Positions 1 through 11,700 of a DNA stretch of 40,678 bases are shown piece after piece. This DNA comes from Octopus bimaculoides. Lineage: Eukaryota. How positions within the stretch are numbered: position 1 is the first letter of the stretch; each line of letters begins with the position of its first letter. The notes under the pieces are model-generated. The model saw nothing but the letters and a program-made list of their open reading frames with translations, searched no databases and had not been told where the DNA came from. The stretch lies in assembly GCF_001194135.2 (NCBI RefSeq), contig NC_068997.1:50597264-50637941 (forward strand), read 5' to 3'. Both the position numbers and the translations under genes were made by a program.

Positions 1-99
1 GAAATATCAATTGTATAACAAAGAACACAATTATTGTGAGTTCACAACTAGTGTATTTTTTCATGATTAAAGTTGGGATGTAGAGAGTGATGTTTTACA

Positions 100-340
100 C
101 AACATCTCATGGCTGTTGCCAGTTCCGCCTGACTGGCCTTCGTGCTGGTGGCACGTAAAAGCACTCACTACACTCTCAGAGTGGTTGGCATTAGGAAGGG
201 CATCCAGCTGTAGAAACTCTGCCAAATCAGATTGGAGCCTGGTGTAGCCATCCGGTTTCACCAGTCCTCAGTCAAATCGTCCAACCCATGCTAGCATGGA
301 AAGCGGACGTTAAACGATGATGATGATGATGATGATGATA
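100..340 (+). mobile_element. RTE-LINE-type 3' tail repeat ending in (GAT)n
   Basis: tgctggtggcacgtaaaagcac...aacccatgctagcatggaaagcggacgttaaacgatgatgat; the same sequence recurs at ~8810, ~21862 (minus), ~23060 and ~37440, and at 23060 it follows RTE-like C-terminal coding sequence. Confidence 0.8.
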
Positions 341-1208
341 TTCCAAACACCAGTTTAATGATGACAAATTATTTTACTAAATTCTTCAATATTTTCGAAA
401 TTAATTGCAACAAAGTGTATTTCAACAGAAATATAGTAAGGAAAGGAATGAGGTTAATTTGAACCTTTTTCTTGCCACCCACCACCCAATAATAAAAATT
501 TATTTATTCCATCATTTCTCCTAATTTCCAATTTAAATTAATGTTCCTGACCCAGTTGAATTTAAACAATTGCTCTCCCTTCCACTCACAAATAGCAAAA
601 ATTTATTATTTCGTTATTTTTTTTTGTACCATTCATCTTATTCTTACTAAATAAGCATTCCTCACCCTCCCAAAATTTAAAAAAAAAAAAAAAACATAGA
701 AAAGAATTATCACTTCCAATGTTTTTCCCATCATTTAAAATTACTGAAAAATAACAATTAAAATTGAATTTTGGTCTAGCAAAATTCTGAACTTTTTCCT
801 CCCACCAAAACAGTAAAAACTTCATTTATCATTTTTATCATTATTGCTCTCTGATCTTCAGTTATTAAAACACTGGAAATTAAATCCGTTTTATAAATGC
901 TTGAACCAATCAAATTTTAACTTTTCTCCCACCAAAAAAAAAAAAAAAGAAAAATGATTTCTTTTGTTGCTACCTTTAAGTTACATTCATAAACAGTTTC
1001 AAAAATATATGATGGAAACTATAGCAGGAATTGAACCCTCATCTCCAACTCTCTGGGTAAACACATTCATTATTACACTGTAAATACATTGTTTCCCACC
1101 AGCATGTGTGTATGTGTGTGTGTGTATGACTAAATGGTAAAGAATTCATTGCATAATCATGGGTTTTGGATTAGATATTCATAGGAAAATAACTTGTAAT
1201 TTAGGTAC

Positions 1209-1356
1209 AGGCATGGCTGTGTGGTTACAAAGTTCGCTTCCCAACCACATGGTTCTGGGTTCAGTCCCACTGAGTGGTACTTTGGACAAGTGTCTTCTGC
1301 TACAGCTCCTAGCTGACCAAAGTGTTATGAGTGGACAAGGTAGATGGAAACTGCAA
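1209..1356 (+). mobile_element. SINE family A, 5' part (tRNA-like head)
   Basis: ggcatggctgtgtggt...ggttcagtcccactg...tggacaagtgtcttct matches the intact copy at 18401-18794. Confidence 0.75.
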
Positions 1357-1571
1357 CATGGCCATCGTATGTGTGTGTGTGTATGAGTGTACATTCGTGT
1401 GAGTGATATAATCATTCATTACACTAGGTACTTGGAATGAGACATTATTCCTGGCTCCACAGAAAGATAATTGCAGCCAATGAAAGCCAGCCATTGAAAC
1501 ACATATCAGAACATACAATCATATCATTCCTTAACGCTTAAATTAATCTCATAGGATTTCTGCCTCATTAC

Positions 1572-1574
<3 letters not shown>

Positions 1575-1621
<47 letters not shown>
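1575..1621. repeat. (TA)n microsatellite
   Basis: direct reading. Confidence 0.95.
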
Positions 1622-1627
<6 letters not shown>

Positions 1628-2059
1628 CATATATATATTTAGGATTGACTTTATTCTTGAGAAGATTTAATCAGAAAACTGATTGTATGCTCCGATAGAT
1701 ATTGATCAATTCATATGCAATGTGCATGTACACACACACACACACACAAATGGAATGTAAGTGCATTGGTTGATAAATGTGCCCATTTCTGCTGGTGAAG
1801 GTGTGTGCGAATGCATAATGTTAAGGGAATGTATTTGTTAATGCATAAATGTTTACAAGAGATATGGCTTCAAATCTCATGGGTAACCATCAACTATTTT
1901 TATCCAAGTTTTTTTTTTACCCAATATTTACCCACTGTTATTTATAGATTTATGTGCTTCAAGAGTCACTGTTCCAAAACAGAATTATGTATGTGTGTGT
2001 GAGAGAGAGAGAGAGGGAGAGAAAGTGTTTAGTAATGCATATTATATATATATATATAT

Positions 2060-2245
2060 CTTCTGTTTTTTACTTGTTGCAGTCATTAGACTGTGGCCAT
2101 GCTGGGGCACCATTTTAAAGGCTTTCAGTCAAATGAATCAACCCCAGTACTTTTTCTGCTTTTAAGGCTGGTACTTATTTTATCCTTGTTTTGCTGAATT
2201 GCCATGTAATGGGGATGTAAACAAACTAACACCAGTTGCCAAGCA
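2060..2245 (-). mobile_element. SINE family A, 3' part
   Basis: reverse complement matches the tail of 18401-18794 (ccagcatggcc...gactgaaacaagtaaaag). Confidence 0.7.
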
Positions 2246-2309
2246 ACTCTCCACTGCTAGAACCCAGGAGTCCTGTTCAGAAAGTAAAGAACTGTCTGGA
2301 GTCGTAGGA

Positions 2310-2530
2310 CTTCTAGGGTTGGTTATCTGGTTTCCATGGCATACGGGCGATTGAGATCAGAACATTTCCCCCTGGATGGGATGCCAGTCTATTTGGAGGG
2401 TTATTCATTTACAGCTGAATGGCCCGGAGTATTGTGAAATGAAGTGTTTTGCTCAAGGTCACAACACATTCCTAGTCTGGGAATTGAAACCACAGACTTG
2501 CAATCACGAGACCATGTGCTTTAACAACCT
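2310..2530 (-). mobile_element. Degenerate tRNA-derived SINE (family D-like)
   Basis: gaagtgttttgctcaagg...gggaattgaaaccac resembles 20740-20880 and the reverse complement of 12820-12965. Confidence 0.55.
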
Positions 2531-2879
2531 GTTCGTGAAGACCTGCCATGTATTTGAACCTGTGATCCAAGAATTCACTTTCACACTTCACCTCATTTCA
2601 TTTCTACAAAGGCTGAAGAATGGCTTCTAAACAGTTGCTTTCTTGCTTGTGGAATCCCACCAAAGGTGATGACAGCATTGATCCAAGACAGTCATCCTCC
2701 TCCGCTTCCAGAACATTGTTTCTCATGGGAGTGGGCATGGCTGGGAAATATAATTAGCAATTTATCAAGTTTAGCTTCTCTAAAGCTTTGGGTGACAGAT
2801 TTACTCGTCTCCTGGTTCCTAGCAGACATGGATTCCCTCTTGGCCTGCTCACCCTCGATCCGGTAGAGCATCCAGGTTG

Positions 2880-3065
2880 TGTCAGCCAGAGGGAGTGAAA
2901 GCTGCACCAGTGCCTGACTACTTCTCATTAATGTTGAGTTGATTGGATCAACACGAAACAAAGTGCCTTGCTCAAAGAACATGACACACTGCCCGATCTA
3001 GGAGCTGAACCCATAAGCTTATGATCATGAGTCAAATGCCCTTAACCACTAGGCTACCTGCCTTC
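2880..3065 (-). mobile_element. Degenerate SINE family D copy
   Basis: aagtgccttgctcaaagaacatgacac...cccttaaccactaggctacctgcc; tRNA-like head on the minus strand. Confidence 0.55.
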
Positions 3066-3124
3066 ACCCAAATTTATTAACTTCAATGCTTGGACATTGG
3101 TTTCTAACAGATTATTAATTGATA

Positions 3125-3390
3125 CAGTTCTATATTTAAGAGATGAGGAATTATGTACATTATTTACATTTGACGGATATTTGTCCTCATCTTGTTTGTT
3201 GTTAACATAACGTTTCGGCTGATATACCCTCCTGCCTTTGTCAGGTGTCTTGGGGAAATTTCGAACCTGGGTTCTCATTCCTAAGGGATTTTTCGATGCT
3301 ATTATTATTATTATTCAGGTCACTGCCTGGAATTGAACTCAGAATCTTGGGGTTAGCAGCCCGCACTCTTAACCACTACGCTATATGCCA
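3125..3390 (-). mobile_element. SINE family C: tRNA-like head, (AAT)n, body containing a hammerhead-like motif
   Basis: minus strand reads ggcatatagcgtagtggttaagagtg (A box)...gagttcaattcc (B box), then (aat)n; 3125-3309 aligns with 33344-33528 with 10 differences in 185 bp (manual count). Confidence 0.85.
3204..3249 (-). ncRNA. Degenerate minimal type-I hammerhead ribozyme motif, copy 1
   Basis: minus: GACAC-CTGACAA-AGGCAG..CAGCC-GAAAC-GTT-ATGTT; GAAAC-GUU intact, CUGANGA core mutated to CUGACAA. Confidence 0.45.
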
Positions 3391-3419
3391 TATGTTACTA
3401 TTTGTAACAGACAGATTAT

Positions 3420-3612
3420 TAATAATTAACAAATAGATTATTATATGTAACAGATAGACTATATATTAATTAGTAACTATAGATTATCAATTAGCAGCCA
3501 TAGTGCATTTGTAACTACAGATCATTAATTAGCAACAGATTATTATTAGTAAGTATAGATTACTAATTAGTAGCCATAGTGTATTAATAACTATGGATTA
3601 TTGATTGGTAAC
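3420..3612. repeat. Degenerate ~20-bp AT-rich minisatellite (atagattattaattagtaac-like)
   Basis: repeated tagattatt/aattag motifs. Confidence 0.6.
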
Positions 3613-3714
3613 AGTGACTGTTAAAGACAGGATGTAGCAGACCACTGCTGGATGTATGCTGCTTCATGTTCGAAGCTTTTGATCACACCACTGAATCATA
3701 TTAACTTGACACAG

Positions 3715-4086
3715 ACCAGGTACTCCTTCATCAACCCTGAAAGGATGAAAAGCAAAGTCAACCCTGGTGGAATTTGAACTCAGAACGCAAATACAGATGA
3801 AATGCTGTTAAGCATTTTGCTTGGCATGCTAACGACTCTGCCAGCTCACTGCCTTCACCTTAATAATTATCCTTTCTACTGGAAGCACAGGGCTTCAAAT
3901 TTGGGGGAAGGGATTAAGTCGATTACATCAACCCCAGTGCATAACTGGTACTTGATTTATCGACCCCAAAATGATGAAATGCAAAGTCGGCCTTGGTGGA
4001 ATTTGAACTCAGAACGTGAAGACAGACAAAATGCCATTAAGCATTTTGCCTGGCATGCTAACAATTCTACCAGCTCACCACCTTAA
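3715..4086 (-). mobile_element. Two tandem SINE family B copies
   Basis: aaaggatgaaa(a/g)gcaaagtc...ggaatttgaactcagaacg...gcatgctaac...gccagctcac present twice; matches 13596-13812. Confidence 0.8.
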
Positions 4087-4597
4087 TTTCGTACCATATT
4101 AAGAACATATCAAAGGGAGTCACTGTGACTCCCATGGTATGCAAAGTGTTAGGACAGAAATGTTAATCACAATAGATGAGAGATCTCAGTGAATTGCCCG
4201 TGTCATAGTGCACCCAAGGTGTGACATTCCATTGTTATTGCATAATAATGTGGGTCGACTACATTGTGGTGTGACTGTATTGTGGAATGCAAGCATTGTG
4301 ATGTGCCATTACTGTGTTGTACTGTGGCATATTTGTGTTGTTCGTCAACAGCATTGTGAAATTCCAACGGTGCATCTAGTGAGTGTTGTGATGTGCCAGT
4401 TATGTGACGTACCTGTGTTACAGCAAATTGTGGTTTGTCCAGTGTCAAGGGTTTCCTGGCTAATTGTTGAAGGACTGAAAACAAAAGTTGCACACACTGG
4501 TTCTGACAGTGATACAAATGACAAATAAACAGTTGCAGCAAATGTTTATTAGGAAGAAGAGATAAAAGATATCTACTCCATTTTTAAACTTAGCCTC

Positions 4598-4719
4598 TAA
4601 CCCACAGTGAGTTATATACTAGCCTCTAACTCACAATGGGTTATATAGCACAAACCTTACTCTGTAACCCACAGTGAGTTATGGAGTACAAATATTACTC
4701 GGTAACCCACGGTGCTTAC
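4598..4719. repeat. Four copies of a palindromic 17-mer TAAC(C/T)CAC-N-GTG(A/G)GTTA
   Basis: copies start at 4598, 4627, 4665 and 4703. Confidence 0.75.
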
Positions 4720-5246
4720 AGTGGGAAGGTTTGGCTTTATTGCTGTGAATGAACATATTTAGGAAAAGATTGAATAAAAATAAAAATATGGAGATAATGT
4801 GTGTGTGTGTATGTCTGTACACATACAAATAAATACAAGTATGTATCTAGATGTGTGTACGAGTATCTGTGTTTGTTAACCTTTGAGGAAAGTAGCGTGA
4901 ATGTCAAAATCCCTTGATAATATTGCAACTGGTCAGTCTGCATTCTTGAAGACCTGAGCGATCAAAAAATCTCTTCGAAAACAAAAAAGGATTTGCAACA
5001 GGAAGAGCACCAGTCTGCAAAATCCTGTCCCAAATAGTTCTCTGCCTGAACCCATGCTAGCATGGAAAATGAAAAGGTATTGAGCTAACCTGAAGCTTAA
5101 TGTAAAATGACATTTATTATAAACTTGACACAAGAACAAATATTTACATATGTGTGTATGTGTGCATGTGTATTGAATGGGAGATATATATCAGAATTTC
5201 AGTTAGTAATTCTACAAGTGTGTATGTATCAATAACTTCACATGAA

Positions 5247-5249
<3 letters not shown>

Positions 5250-5299
<50 letters not shown>
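5250..5299. repeat. (TA)n microsatellite
   Basis: direct reading. Confidence 0.95.
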
Positions 5300-5300
<1 letters not shown>

Positions 5301-5795
5301 TGTACTGAAGATACATAGAAAATTACTTTTAGTAACATAGTCCTGAGAGACAGAGGAATAAATTGCAATGGAGTGAGATGTTCCCCGTGAAAAACAGCTG
5401 ACCAATCCAGTGCATCTGAAACCACATTGCTAATTAAATATGTTAATTTATGTTGGTCATTAGCGTAAGTTAAACTGCTTCTTTCTACTGTCACACACAT
5501 TGTTATTGGTTTGGTAAGAGCTAGGTGTGGACATTTCAAATACCACAGTTGCTACAATGAAAAGACAAGACAATGCAACACAACACAAATACATTGTAGT
5601 ATAATATAATATATTACAGCAATAATAACAATTCGAGAAGATATAAATTTGGCAGGAGAGAGAGTGGGGGGAGAGAGAAAGACATTACAAAAAACAAAAT
5701 TCCTCAAGAAAAATATCAAATATGAAAGCATTGTGTTTGTATTTGTATATATGAATGTATATATACATACACACATATTAATTTGTGTGTGTGTG

Positions 5796-5848
<53 letters not shown>

Positions 5849-5917
5849 NNNNNNNNNNNNNNNNNNNNNNNNNNNNNNNNNNNNNNNNNNNNNNNNNNNN
5901 NNNNNNNNNNNNNNNNN

Positions 5918-5966
<49 letters not shown>

Positions 5967-5980
5967 GTGTGTGTGTGTAC

Positions 5981-6314
5981 CTTTCTACTTGTTTCAGTTA
6001 TTAGACCGTGGCCATGCTGGGGCACTGCCTTGAAGAACTTGACCCCAGGCCTTATATTTTAAGCCTGGTACTCATTCTATTGGTCAGTTTTTGCTGAACT
6101 GCTATGTTATAGGAACATAAACACACCAACACTGGTTGTCAGGCGGTGGTGAGGGACAAACACAAAGGCAAAACACACACATACCTCTAAGTTTCCGTCT
6201 ACCAAATCTGCTCGCAAGGTTTAAGTTGCCACAAGGCTACAAAGGACACTCACCCAAGGTGCCACATGAACCACATGAACCCAGGACCATGTGGTTGGGA
6301 AGCAAACTTCTTAC
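5981..6314 (-). mobile_element. SINE family A, near full length
   Basis: reverse complement colinear with 18401-18794. Confidence 0.8.
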
Positions 6315-6499
6315 ATGCACACACACACACACATATACATACATCATCATCATTTTATGCTCATTTCTATACACATTCACACACACATACAAGTATAAAT
6401 GCAAACATATGCAATCACGCATATACTTACATCCGTATATGGCATCATCATCGTCGTCATCGTTTAACGTCCGCTTTCCATGCTGGCATGGGTTGGAAA

Positions 6500-6790
6500 C
6501 ATACATATACACACACAAACATAAATACATACATATATAAATATATATATAATATATACAAACACACACACACATATACGCAAGTAAACACACATATACA
6601 CAAATACATATATACACACACACACATATACAAACACATATACACTTACACAAATACATACATACACTTACACAAATACATACATACACACAAACAAATA
6701 CATACATACATACACACACACACACAAACATACATACACATATACATACATATATATATATATTATATACACACGCATGCACAGGCACAC
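6500..6790. repeat. Compound (CA)n/(ACAT)n/(TA)n low-complexity tract
   Basis: direct reading; explains the H/T/Y-rich and C/V-rich ORFs in the track. Confidence 0.9.
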
Positions 6791-7105
6791 ACTTCATAGT
6801 AAACAGTGCCAGCAGTTTGGTAACATCAAGGGTGGGATGGAACAACTATTGATTCCTTAGGTTCTGTTTGCTGAAGTCCAAAACTAGAAATTTATAATTC
6901 AATATGAATATAGAAATAATAAGGTGAGCCATTCTTCTCTCAGGAATTTGCAAATTAAATAAAATTTTAAAAAGACAAACAAGCAAAAAAAAGAACAGAA
7001 GAAAGCAGAATAAAACAAAGAGAGAAAAAGGAAAGAAATAAGAAAAAAAAATGGTGGTGGGGGTGAAAATTTGGGTAAGAAGAAAAGCATGATGGTCATG
7101 TTCAA

Positions 7106-7435
7106 TTTTTTATTTGTTTCAGTCACTGGACTACGGTCAAGCTGGGGCACTGCTTTGAGGGTTTTTTTTTTTTTAGTCAGACAAGTTGACCTCAGTTTAA
7201 AGTCTGGTACTTATGCTTTCAGTTTCTTTTACCAAACTGCTAAGTTTTGGGGATATAAACAAACCAACACTGGTTGTCAAGCAGTTATAAACACACACAG
7301 ACACATTTATATATATGAAGTGAGCTTCCACTACAGCCCAGAACTATAGTGAAAAACGCTTGACCAAGGCGTCGTGTAGTGGGACTGAACCTGAAACCAT
7401 GTAGTTACGAAACGTGCTTCTTAACCACACAGCAA
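7106..7435 (-). mobile_element. SINE family A, near full length, diverged
   Basis: tgtttcagtcac...gggactgaacctgaaaccatg...cttaaccacacagc. Confidence 0.75.
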
Positions 7436-8154
7436 TATCTGCATTTATTTGAAAAGCATTTTTCTTCTAGAATATTGAAGAAAAATTTTTAAAAGTATAT
7501 ATTATTATGCTATTATTTCAGATCTATATATCCATAATAGTGAGTTTTGGAATGGTTTTTGTTGGGGAGAATTTCTGTGTATTGTACTTTAGAGTTATCA
7601 GATTAGCAGCGCGAAATGCAGAGATAGGTTTCATACATTTCCAACTGTTAATCATTTAATTTACTTAACTGCAAAGTCAAAGTAGAACCAGATTGTCGAC
7701 CAGTTAAAACTGAGCAGAGCAGAGTTACATACCTTGATGAAGGCCATAGCAAAATTCAGCAAAATAAATGAGTATTGAAGGGGCTCAAAGTCTGTGGAAT
7801 TGTTCTGGAGTGAGGAATATTTGTTATGTAACCCTGTATGTTCTGAGTTCAAACCTCAATGAGGTCGTTTTGCTCTTCATCCCTTGAGGGTCAATAAAAT
7901 AAAGTACCGGTCATGTATTGGGTTGATGTCATCAGTTAACCCACCGCCTGCAAAATTGATGGCCTTGTACATAGATTGTTTCAGCTCCATGCTTTGTGAG
8001 TTCAAATCCCACAGTGGCTTGGCAGAATCATTGAAGTATCAGAAAAAATACTTTGCAGTTTTTGGTACAATTTTTTACATTCTGAGTTCAAATCCTGTCA
8101 AAGCAGTTTTCCAACAGTAACTATTCTGCCAGCTTACAAGACTGATAACAATAA

Positions 8155-8345
8155 CAATCCTTTATACTTTAGGCACAAGGCTTTCATTGAACCCCAGTAC
8201 TCAACTGGTACTTATTTTATCAACCCCAAAAGGATGAAAGGTAAAGTCAACTTCAGTGGAATTTGAACTTACAACGTGAAGATGGACAAATTGCCAGTAA
8301 GCATTTTGCCTGGCATGCTAATGTTTCTGCCAGCTCACTGCCTTA
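8155..8345 (-). mobile_element. SINE family B copy
   Basis: aatcctttatactttaggcacaaggc...gccagctcactgcctt. Confidence 0.8.
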
Positions 8346-8592
8346 ATAATTAGAAGAAGAAGAAGAATGGTTTCTGTCAACCATGTAGTGTGGGCAACAT
8401 TTGTAGAGAAGAGAGTATAAGTTGGATGTGATTAACCCCAGTATATAACTGGTATTTATTTGATAAAAAGCTCCAGATGTGGCAATGACAACAAACACAA
8501 TAATGACATAAATAATTTTTAAAAAAACGAAAACACAGGAAGTCTCAGACATATTTACGAACTGATGAGAAATATCAACAACTGACAAATGT

Positions 8593-8628
<36 letters not shown>

Positions 8629-8809
8629 TCATCATTTAATGTCTGCCATGCTGACATAGGTTGGACAGTTAGACAGGATCTTATGAGCCAGTGGACTGCA
8701 TCAACATGTATATGTATATATAGTATGCTTGTATGTGTGTAAGCATACTTGCATTTATGTATGGACTGGCTCCTGTGCAGGTGACATGTAAAATACACCA
8801 TTTCGAGCG

Positions 8810-9020
8810 TGGCTGTCGCCAGTACCCGCTGGATTGGCCCTCGTGCTGGTGGCACGTAAAAGCACCCATTACACTCTCGGAGTGGTTGGCGTTAGGAAGG
8901 GCATCCAGGTGTAGAAACTCTGCCAAATCAGATTGGAGCCTGGTACGCCTCCTGGTCCACCAGTCCTCAGTCAAATCGTCCAGCCCATGCTAGCATGGAA
9001 AGCGGACGTTAAACGACGAT
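8810..9020 (+). mobile_element. RTE-type 3' tail repeat followed by (GTAT)n
   Basis: closely matches 100-340. Confidence 0.8.
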
Positions 9021-9489
9021 GTATGTATGTATGCTTGCGTGTATGCCAGCCTGTATGTATGTATGTATGTATGTATGCTTGTATGTATGTATCCATGCAT
9101 GTGTGCATGCTTGTATGTATGTATGTATGAATGTACATAAGTACATACGTACATATGTATGCATGCTTGCATCTATGTTCATACAAGCCTTGAGACAGAT
9201 AAAACAAAGTTAGTCACCTACTTTTCTATAATATATTTGACTCCTTAAACAGCATTGTGTCCTACCATTATTTAATGCTTGTTGCTGTTTGTTACTTAAC
9301 AATCTCAAACTCACACACTTACATATTTAAATATACACGCATACATTATACATACATTACATACATACATACACATGTTAAAATAAGGTAATTAAATTAA
9401 AACTAGTTTGTGAATAACAATGGAGGGTTGACACAGTACTCTTGGGAGTTAAATAAACATATTGTAAAATTTGAGTTGACCAGGAATTC

Positions 9490-9665
9490 AAGTTTCCATT
9501 TTCCATGTTGGCATGAGTTGGATGATTTGACAGGAACTGGCAAGCTAGAGAGCTGCCCAGGGTTTGTCCAACTGTTAGTCTTGGCATGGTTTCTATGGCT
9601 GGATACCCTTTCCAATGCCAACCACTTCAAAGAGTGTAGAGGGTGCATTTTATGTGGCACCAGCA
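9490..9665 (-). mobile_element. RTE-type 3' tail repeat, diverged
   Basis: ttccatgttggcatgagttggatg...cctttccaatgccaaccact...ttatgtggcaccagcatgg is the reverse complement of the tail family. Confidence 0.65.
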
Positions 9666-10084
9666 TGGGTGCTTTTTACACACACATCCTTCACTTGAAA
9701 AACAGATTAGGGTTGGCAACAGCAAGAGCACCTAGCTGTAAAAGCCTGCCTGAAGTACATTCCTGTTCAACCTATGTCAGCATAGAATAACACACACACA
9801 CACACACTTCTACATAATGATACAATAACAAACATTGTATGAATTCAGCCAGATATAATTTTTACACGTAGACACACAAACATATATAATCTTGTTGTTG
9901 TTATGGCTTTGCTGATTACCCACCTCCCTTCACAGGATTCAAATAACAGGGAAGTTTACCAGCCTATTCGCCCCTCTAAGAATTTACAAATAACTCAGAT
10001 AATATTCTAGGAATTATTTCCAAACATATTCCAGAATAATTTACGATTAGGATTTCTTACATAGATACAAGGACACACGTTTAC

Positions 10085-10617
10085 GGAGAGTGAGTGGTCG
10101 ATTAAATCAACTCCAGTACTTGATCGATATTTTATTTTATCGACCCCCAGAGGGACTGAAAGCAAAGACGACCTCGATAAGATTTGAACCCAGAATGTAA
10201 AGACGGATGAAAGAAGGCCATTAAAGCATTTTGCCTGGTGTGCTAACAATTCTGCCAGCTCGCCAATAATAATAATAATAATAATAATAATAATCCTTTC
10301 TGCTATAAGCACAAGGCCANNNNNNNNNNNNNNNNNNNNNNNNNNNNNNNNNNNNNNNNNNNNNNNNNNNNNNNNNNNNNNNNNNNNNNNNNNNNNNNNN
10401 NNNNNNNNNNNNNNNNNNNNNNNNNNNNNNNNNNNNNNNNNNNNNNNNNNNNNNNNNNNNNNNNNNNNNNNNNNGTGTTTCACTAGTACTTGATTTATCG
10501 ACCCTGAAAGGATGAAAGGCAAAGTTGACTTCGGCGGAATTTGAACTCAGAACATAAAGGCAGACGAAATGCCATGAAGAATTTCGCCCGGCGTGTTAAC
10601 GATTCCGCCAGCTCACC

Positions 10618-10656
<39 letters not shown>

Positions 10657-10880
10657 CCTTTCTGCTATAAGCACAAGGCCAGAAAAATTGTTTTTTAGTC
10701 GGGGACGGGCACTAGTCGATTACAGCAACCCCAGTGTTTCACTGGTACTTATTTTATCGACCTCGAAAGGATGAAAGGCAAAGTGGATTTTGTCGGAATT
10801 TGAACTCAGATCGTAAAGATGGACGAAATGCCGCTATGCATTTTGCCTGGCGTGCTAACGATTCTGCCAGCACGTCAATA
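10085..10880 (-). mobile_element. Tandem array of three SINE family B copies separated by (AAT)n, with an internal gap
   Basis: copies at ~10085-10265, ~10290-10620 (gap inside) and ~10652-10878. Confidence 0.8.
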
Positions 10881-11092
10881 ATAATAATAATAATAATGAT
10901 AATAATAATAACGATGTTGAAGAAGAATAAAGGCTACTCAATTACTTCTCTAACAACAACAACATCAATAACAACATTGACAGATCATTTAAAAGTAGAA
11001 AACAAACAAACAAAAATAGCCTGGAGCTATCGTCAGAGCATTCTTCCGTCTCGTTTTGTTTAACCTTGAACATATTTTTTGCATGTTCGTCT

Positions 11093-11123
<31 letters not shown>

Positions 11124-11270
11124 AACAGACAGAAAGAAAGAGAAAAAGAGAGACTCCTACCTCATTTGTAACACATAAAGGGAGGAAACTCTTGATGTGT
11201 CTCTCTCTCTTCCTCTTTCTCACTAATAACAATTCAAAAAAAAAATTAATTTTTAACCTTTTCCATTTGT

Positions 11271-11700
11271 GGCTTCGGGAAGTAGGGCCACACAAAGGTC
11301 ATCATACACTTTGTTTTCAGGGAAGAAAGGGTGGATTTGTGTTGTTCAAACCTTTCCCATTCTCAAAAGCATTAACGTTTGGCAATGGGAAAGAACATAA
11401 AAATCGTTACATTGAACGTTCCCTTCTTTTCGGCTTCGCGAAGTAGGGTCACACCGAGGTAATATAGTTTTTGTTTTCAAGAAGGGACAAAACATGAATT
11501 TGTGTTGTTCGTCTCTTTCCCATCCCCAAAAGCATTAACTGTTGGAAATGGGAAAAAGTTACAATATATTTTATATTCACTTTTGACTTTGGAAAAGAGG
11601 GTTACACAAGGGTTGTATAGTTTTGTTTTGAAACGGAGTGGGAGGTGAATTTGTGACGTTCATGCCTTTCTCATCGCCCCAAAAGCATTAGCAACGAAAC
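11271..11700. repeat. Three degenerate ~155-160 bp tandem units
   Basis: units start at 11271, 11432 and 11585; shared ggcttcg.gaagtaggg.cacac, ttttgttttc, atttgtgttgttc and ccaaaagcatta. Confidence 0.7.

Noticed and set aside
4203-4541. Overlapping ORFs on both strands (112 and 106 aa)
   Set aside because: Built on a degenerate cattgtg-type repeat; no recognisable domain or splice support.
4598-4719. Repeat-spacer pattern resembling a CRISPR array
   Set aside because: Eukaryotic context, 17-bp repeats with 12-21 bp spacers, and no cas genes.
5249-6845. Long ORFs rich in YI/HT/CV, also at 8971-9213, 20889-21304, 24035-24705 and 38481-38867
   Set aside because: Translations of (TA)n, (CA)n and (GA)n microsatellites or N-gaps; no coding signal.
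7690-7790. Possible plus-strand terminal exon NQIVDQLKLSRAELHTLMKAIAKFSKINEY*
   Set aside because: Poor polypyrimidine tract, no partner exons and no recognisable homology.
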